Positions 56,954 to 61,285 of a stretch of DNA of 61,285 nt are shown piece after piece. The notes beneath the pieces were generated by a model. The model did no database searches. It had not been told where the DNA came from and worked only from the letters and a program-made list of their open reading frames with translations. The position numbers and the translations under genes were made by a program. The stretch comes from Clostridium sp. CAG:465 (GTDB lineage: Bacteria > Bacillota > Clostridia > TANB77 > CAG-465): assembly GCA_000433755.1 (NCBI GenBank), contig FR891269.1, positions 1 through 61,285 on the forward strand. The letters are read 5' to 3'. The number at the start of each line of letters is the position of its first letter. Position 1 is the stretch's first letter.

Positions 56954-58201
56954 TTAATATATTTTATCTAACAAATTTAATGTAAGTTTTTTTGCCTCAA
57001 GATCATTTGATTTTATATTTCCGATGTTATCACATCCATACCAAGTTGATAATGTATATTTATCAGTAATAATAGTTGACCAATCACAATTATGGTTTTC
57101 CGAACTCGCAGATTTAATATATACTTGTTTTCCATCTATATCCTTTTTTAAACAAGATTTTAAACTATTGCATACGTCTTCTTTTAAAACTTTTCTTGTT
57201 TCTCCCTTTTTTTCTAAATAAATATTTTCTTTACTATCTACAACTCTAGAATATGAAACCGGCTCTTTATATTCCCCGTCAGTCAAAACCGTCCTATATG
57301 CTGAAGATAATTCTAATAATGTACACCCCATTGTTAATCCACCTAATGAAAGTGCATGTAAATTTTTATCATATTTTTCATTTACAGAATTTATACCTAA
57401 ATCTTTTAAAAATTCATATGATGTACCTATCCCTATATCTTGCATAACTTTTACTTTTATAACATTGGTACCACTTTTAATAGCCTCTTCTATAGTCATT
57501 TCACCCTTAAAACCGTTATAATAATTTGAAGGTATATAATTACCAGTTTTTATTGGCTCGTCAATATATTTGCTATTTAGGGTTATAACGCCTTTTTCTA
57601 AACCACATGCGTATACAGAAAGTATTGATAGCATTCCTCCAGGTTGTGATAATCTTTCAGTAGCTCTATTCTTGTTTGTAACGACATTATCATTATAATT
57701 TGGTTCACCAAAGGTAATAACTCTATTATCTTTATTTCTGCCACCAACAATAGCAACAATTGTTCCTGTATTGTTATCTAATATAACTGTTGCAGATTCT
57801 GCATTATTTAAAAACTTATCATAATTGTTATATACTTCTTCTAATTTATTTTGTATATTAATGTCTTCACAAGTATATATTTTATACCCTCTTGTTACTA
57901 ATATATTCTCAGCCTCATCTTCACTTACATTTTCTTTTTCTTTTATATCATTTATTACATCATCTAAAACTAAAGCAAGATAATATGATTTAACATTATC
58001 AAAAAAAGCTGTGTCACCATAAGATATCGATGCAATTTCGTTTCCATTTTTATCATAAATACATGTATTCTTTTTTATATCTTCTTTTACATTTTCACTT
58101 TCTTCAGTTTTCATACTCTTAGATAGTATAAAAACTAAAAATATAGTTAAGCATATAAACAAAGTAGCAAGTACAATTTTTAGTATTATTTTGTTTTTCA
58201 T
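56954..58201 (-). CDS. Penicillin-binding-protein transpeptidase-like protein lacking the GT51 domain and all three catalytic motifs
   Basis: A TM anchor is followed by the class-A PBP linker and TP fold. NRATERLSQPGGMLSILSVYACGLEKG stands where NRA...RQPGS.FKP..Y..ALE.G is expected. KSGTN stands for SxN, and IKSAS stands for KTGT. Confidence 0.75.
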   Translation of the reverse strand: MKNKIILKIVLATLFICLTIFLVFILSKSMKTEESENVKEDIKKNTCIYDKNGNEIASISYGDTAFFDNVKSYYLALVLDDVINDIKEKENVSEDEAENILVTRGYKIYTCEDINIQNKLEEVYNNYDKFLNNAESATVILDNNTGTIVAIVGGRNKDNRVITFGEPNYNDNVVTNKNRATERLSQPGGMLSILSVYACGLEKGVITLNSKYIDEPIKTGNYIPSNYYNGFKGEMTIEEAIKSGTNVIKVKVMQDIGIGTSYEFLKDLGINSVNEKYDKNLHALSLGGLTMGCTLLELSSAYRTVLTDGEYKEPVSYSRVVDSKENIYLEKKGETRKVLKEDVCNSLKSCLKKDIDGKQVYIKSASSENHNCDWSTIITDKYTLSTWYGCDNIGNIKSNDLEAKKLTLNLLDKIY

Positions 58202-58254
58202 ATTATATTACACTCCTCCATTACATATTTTAATAATTTAGTATTTATTAAGAA

Positions 58255-60027
58255 TTAACCTACTGTGTGAATATTCTTTTTTAAAGTTTTATTAAAAAGC
58301 CATGGACTAAATAAATCTCTAGTACTAAATACGGCTTTTAGTGTCCCTTTTTCCCCTTGACCTAAAGTAAGTATATAATCCTCATTTTCTTTAGTTATAC
58401 TATCTATATCCACAATATATTGTATTTCATCTGGGAAATTAAAGTAAGAAAATTTTACTTCCTGCCAATTCTTTCCACCATCTTTTGTTGCGTATATTAT
58501 TGGAAAATTAACATCACTAGTATTATCTAAAATTAAAACTCCTGTATTTTCATCATACATACACAAATCGACCAAAGTATTAGCTGAATTATTTAAAGGA
58601 AGTTCTCTTTCTTCCCAAGTTTTTCCAGAATCATATGTCAAATACATTTTTTTACTCTCACCATAATATTTTGAATAATCAGTACCAAGTGCCACATATC
58701 CAAAATTTTTAGATGTAAATCCTATTACTCTTTTAGTTATATAATTCACAAACTTTCCATTCGTATCAATATTTGCTTGTTTCCAAGTAGTACCATTATC
58801 TAATGATATTTTTAATATTGGACTTCTACCATAAAAATATGCAATAGGTAAGCTCTCATTCTTTGACATAAACCAGCTATTTGGTGTAAGTGATAAAGAG
58901 TTATAGAATTCTAGAGTATCATCCAGTTCCTCTTTAGATATATCTGCATTAATCCATGTTCTTCCATAATCTCTAGTAAATTTTAATTTACCTTTATTAT
59001 CTATATAATAATCAGCTTCCATCATATAGTTAGGATTTCCTGATAGACTAGTATGGGTTGCACTAAAAACATATAAATATTGTTCTTCTGAAATCATACT
59101 TACTCCATCATTTAACCTAATTACTACATTAGTATTTCCATCACTTATACCACCTTTTCCAGCATCATAATCTTCTTTATTTAACACAGCCTTTTCTCCT
59201 GTCCTCATATCAAAAATTGGTTTTCCACTCTCTATTATTGTATTAGGCACATACCTAACAACATAACTAGTAAGATTACTTTTCTTAATTTGTTCTTTTA
59301 AAGGTATCTTTTTCATACAATTACTTATGTACTCTATATCGCTATTCTTATCATATTCAATAACAATTGGTAAATTATCATTAACTGGCAAATTATATGT
59401 CAATTTATTTTTTTTATATGTATATCCTACTCTTCCAACATACTGTTCATTTTCATCAAAAGCATTAAGTGATAAAGTAAATGATTTAATATTTCCTCTA
59501 TTATTTACTCTTGCTTCAAAATATGCAACTGTATATTTATTTGTCATTCCATCCGATTTCTGTATAATATCTATCATCTTATCAAGGCCTTTTTTAGTTA
59601 AGTTATAACTGCCAAGACTATATGTATTTTCTCCATCTTTAATATTTTTAGGATGATATTTTTTATAATATTTTATACTAAAACAACAAAGTAATAAAAC
59701 TATTATTACTAAAATACTTATTTTTAAGATTTTCTTTTTTAGTTTTTCTTTTCTTAACTTTTCTATTTCTTGAATTTTTTCATCAACTATTTTTTGTATA
59801 TCAATATCTTCTTTTTTTCCTTTTTTGCAATTTAGTAACTCCGATACATCTAGTTCCAATATTTCAGCTAAAGACTTTAGTATTGTAATATCAGGAAAAC
59901 TTAACCCTCTCTCCCATTTACTGACTGCTTTATCTGTTATATACAATTTTTCTGCCAATTGTTGTTGTGTCATTCCTTTTTCTTTTCTAATGTTCATAAT
60001 AAAGTTTCCAAAATTATTATTATCCAT
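58255..60027 (-). CDS. Membrane-anchored XRE-family HTH regulator with an extracytoplasmic BNR/Asp-box beta-propeller-like domain
   Basis: The N-terminal HTH reads IRKEKGMTQQQLAEKLYITDKAVSKWERG. One TM helix (ISILVIIVLLLCCFSI) follows. There are four Asp-box motifs: RDYGRTW, SLDNGTTW, YDSGKTW and TKDGGKNW. Confidence 0.8.
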   Translation of the reverse strand: MDNNNFGNFIMNIRKEKGMTQQQLAEKLYITDKAVSKWERGLSFPDITILKSLAEILELDVSELLNCKKGKKEDIDIQKIVDEKIQEIEKLRKEKLKKKILKISILVIIVLLLCCFSIKYYKKYHPKNIKDGENTYSLGSYNLTKKGLDKMIDIIQKSDGMTNKYTVAYFEARVNNRGNIKSFTLSLNAFDENEQYVGRVGYTYKKNKLTYNLPVNDNLPIVIEYDKNSDIEYISNCMKKIPLKEQIKKSNLTSYVVRYVPNTIIESGKPIFDMRTGEKAVLNKEDYDAGKGGISDGNTNVVIRLNDGVSMISEEQYLYVFSATHTSLSGNPNYMMEADYYIDNKGKLKFTRDYGRTWINADISKEELDDTLEFYNSLSLTPNSWFMSKNESLPIAYFYGRSPILKISLDNGTTWKQANIDTNGKFVNYITKRVIGFTSKNFGYVALGTDYSKYYGESKKMYLTYDSGKTWEERELPLNNSANTLVDLCMYDENTGVLILDNTSDVNFPIIYATKDGGKNWQEVKFSYFNFPDEIQYIVDIDSITKENEDYILTLGQGEKGTLKAVFSTRDLFSPWLFNKTLKKNIHTVG

Positions 60028-60210
60028 GCTTTACCATCACCGTTAAAATTATATCACTAGTTTAATATATTGTCTATCTACTGTTAGTTTAGTTGTCAAA
60101 CTTCTTAAGATTTCAAGACTATTTTAAAATAATTAATGCATTTAACAATTCATATTACTACTAATACAATTTTACAATTCTGATATAAAATAGAAAAAAG
60201 TAGAAAGTTT

Positions 60211-60235
60211 ATAAAACAATATTATATTGTTTTAT
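60211..60235. promoter_or_regulatory. Perfect 10-bp inverted repeat (ATAAAACAAT-5 nt-ATTGTTTTAT) abutting an extended -10 (TGTATAAT, 60236..60243)
   Basis: The repeat was read directly. It lies in the divergent intergenic region between the XRE gene and the 60286 gene. Confidence 0.4.
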
Positions 60236-60285
60236 TGTATAATTAATTTAATATGATATAATTAGAATTGGGAGGTAAACGTAAT

Positions 60286-60924
60286 ATGAAAAAACAAAGC
60301 AAAATAATTATTTTAATTCTTTCTTCAATATTATTAATATTAATAATTATATTGGCTGCTCTAATAATTTCAAATAATTCTAACAAAACAAATATTTCTG
60401 AAACAAATAAAAATAGCAATATAGAAAAAATAGAAGATAAATCAACCGAACAGACTAAAGAAATAGAAAAAACTCAAGGAGAAGAACCACCACCAACATC
60501 AGAAGGAAAATTATATATAACATATGGCGATAAAATTATTACTGCATATAAATGCGATTATGATCTAGAAAGTGAACTTGCTCATCCATGGGAAATAAAA
60601 GAAAAATTTGATAAAATGTGGAATTCAATTGATTCCGATATTCTAACTTTTTCAGAAAGAGATACAATCGATGCTACATTACAGTTTAGTAGATATGGCT
60701 ATCCAAAAGATGATCTTGACTTTTTTATAGAGGATTTGATATTTTTTTATGACACAGGTACAAATGGAAAATCAAATGCAAATATCTATTTAAAAAATGA
60801 AAGTAAAAATAAAATTGCAAGAATTTCAGATGGAAATGTTGGTAAAAATATTCGAGCATTTAAAATTAATAATACTTGGTATGCATATAGAGTTATCGTT
60901 ACAGAATATGTATATGTTGAATAA
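60286..60924 (+). CDS. Membrane-anchored extracytoplasmic protein, hypothetical
   Basis: The SD GGGAGGT precedes ATG 60286. The N-terminal TM is IIILILSSILLILIIILAALII. No family was recognised. Confidence 0.55.
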   Translation: MKKQSKIIILILSSILLILIIILAALIISNNSNKTNISETNKNSNIEKIEDKSTEQTKEIEKTQGEEPPPTSEGKLYITYGDKIITAYKCDYDLESELAHPWEIKEKFDKMWNSIDSDILTFSERDTIDATLQFSRYGYPKDDLDFFIEDLIFFYDTGTNGKSNANIYLKNESKNKIARISDGNVGKNIRAFKINNTWYAYRVIVTEYVYVE

Positions 60925-61031
60925 TTTTTGTAAAGCTTATATAAACATAAAAATGATTGAAATTACATTTGTAAAATCAATCATTTTTATTGTATTAATT
61001 TAATAAAAAAATTTAAGCATAAATACTACTA

Positions 61032-61285
61032 TTAGTACTGAAACTCTAGAGTAACATAAACTCTACAAGTACCATCTTCATATGCCGGATTAGTTTCTGT
61101 GCCAATAAATTTAGATAAATCCTTACATTCATATGTAAATAAATATCCTACCTGATCTGATACATTCATCCAATCTGAAGTATATTCTGTATTAGAATAA
61201 GAATATAAAGTAAAATTATCTTTTCTTTCATAAGAATTTATCCCTTGGGATACATCTATTATATGTTTGTATATAGATTTTTCTT
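61032..61285 (-). CDS. Partial hypothetical protein: the 3' end of a gene whose 5' end lies beyond the window
   Basis: My translation of the open minus-strand frame is ..EKSIYKHIIDVSQGINSYERKDNFTLYSYSNTEYTSDWMNVSDQVGYLFTYECKDLSKFIGTETNPAYEDGTCRVYVTLEFQY*. It is absent from the track because it is edge-truncated. Confidence 0.4.
   Translation of the reverse strand, partial: EKSIYKHIIDVSQGINSYERKDNFTLYSYSNTEYTSDWMNVSDQVGYLFTYECKDLSKFIGTETNPAYEDGTCRVYVTLEFQY

Noticed and set aside
1-61285. I searched the whole window for a mobile element, prophage, CRISPR-Cas or known defence island.
   Set aside because: I found no integrase, transposase, recombinase, Cas, restriction-modification, toxin-antitoxin or phage structural signatures. 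Both tRNA genes have clean promoter and terminator contexts, with no flanking direct repeats.

Overview
By eye this is a very AT-rich chromosome segment from an endospore-forming Firmicute, probably Clostridia-like. The species cannot be named from the sequence alone. About 85% of the genes lie on the minus strand, and most are core housekeeping or sporulation genes.

**Left to right:**
- A partial pilin-like gene and a pair of half-size TauE/SafE genes.
- A sortase locus with two thioester-domain (TED)/CnaB adhesins. hflX, ywbE and an orphan membrane protein sit between the two adhesins.
- A flavodoxin gene relic, then sigK.
- A four-gene module: acidic protein, secreted MBL-fold hydrolase, DUF3006 protein and an unknown protein.
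- A pentapeptide-repeat protein.
- A tightly overlapped operon: yqeG, prepilin peptidase, degenerate hydrolase, U32 peptidase.
- tyrS, spoIID, tRNA-Glu(CUC), ldhA, an MFS transporter, a metallophosphoesterase relic, a NUDIX hydrolase and tRNA-Leu(UAA).
- secDF, a PH-domain membrane protein, and pyrH-tsf-rpsB.
- An orphan 93-aa gene with a consensus promoter.
- The ftsH-tilS-dnaB-rplI-gdpP block, spo0A and two tandem alpha/beta SASP genes.
- A self-contained S10-spc ribosomal cluster (rpsJ to secY) that lacks rpmD and the usual adk...rplQ tail.
- A monofunctional GT51 glycosyltransferase, a tandem-duplicated ThyX-like gene with tmk, a histidine phosphatase and rpsT.
- A catalytically degenerate PBP transpeptidase-like gene downstream of a membrane-anchored XRE-HTH/BNR-propeller regulator.

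**Not found:** I saw no integrase, transposase, CRISPR array, prophage or recognisable defence genes.

**Candidates worth follow-up:**
- (i) The XRE-HTH/TM/BNR one-component regulator, its dead-PBP partner and a nearby perfect palindrome.
- (ii) The non-canonical sorting signals of the two TED adhesins. One LPVTG is followed by a ~150-aa acidic tail. The other ends LPKTGF-stop.
- (iii) A pseudo-dimeric ThyX whose two halves each keep a different half of the ThyX signature motif.
- (iv) Two orphan genes driven by perfect TTGACA-N17-TATAAT promoters.
- (v) A long, structured leader with a terminator-like hairpin upstream of rpsJ.

All functional calls rest on reading the translations and on motif recall. 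No database search was run.
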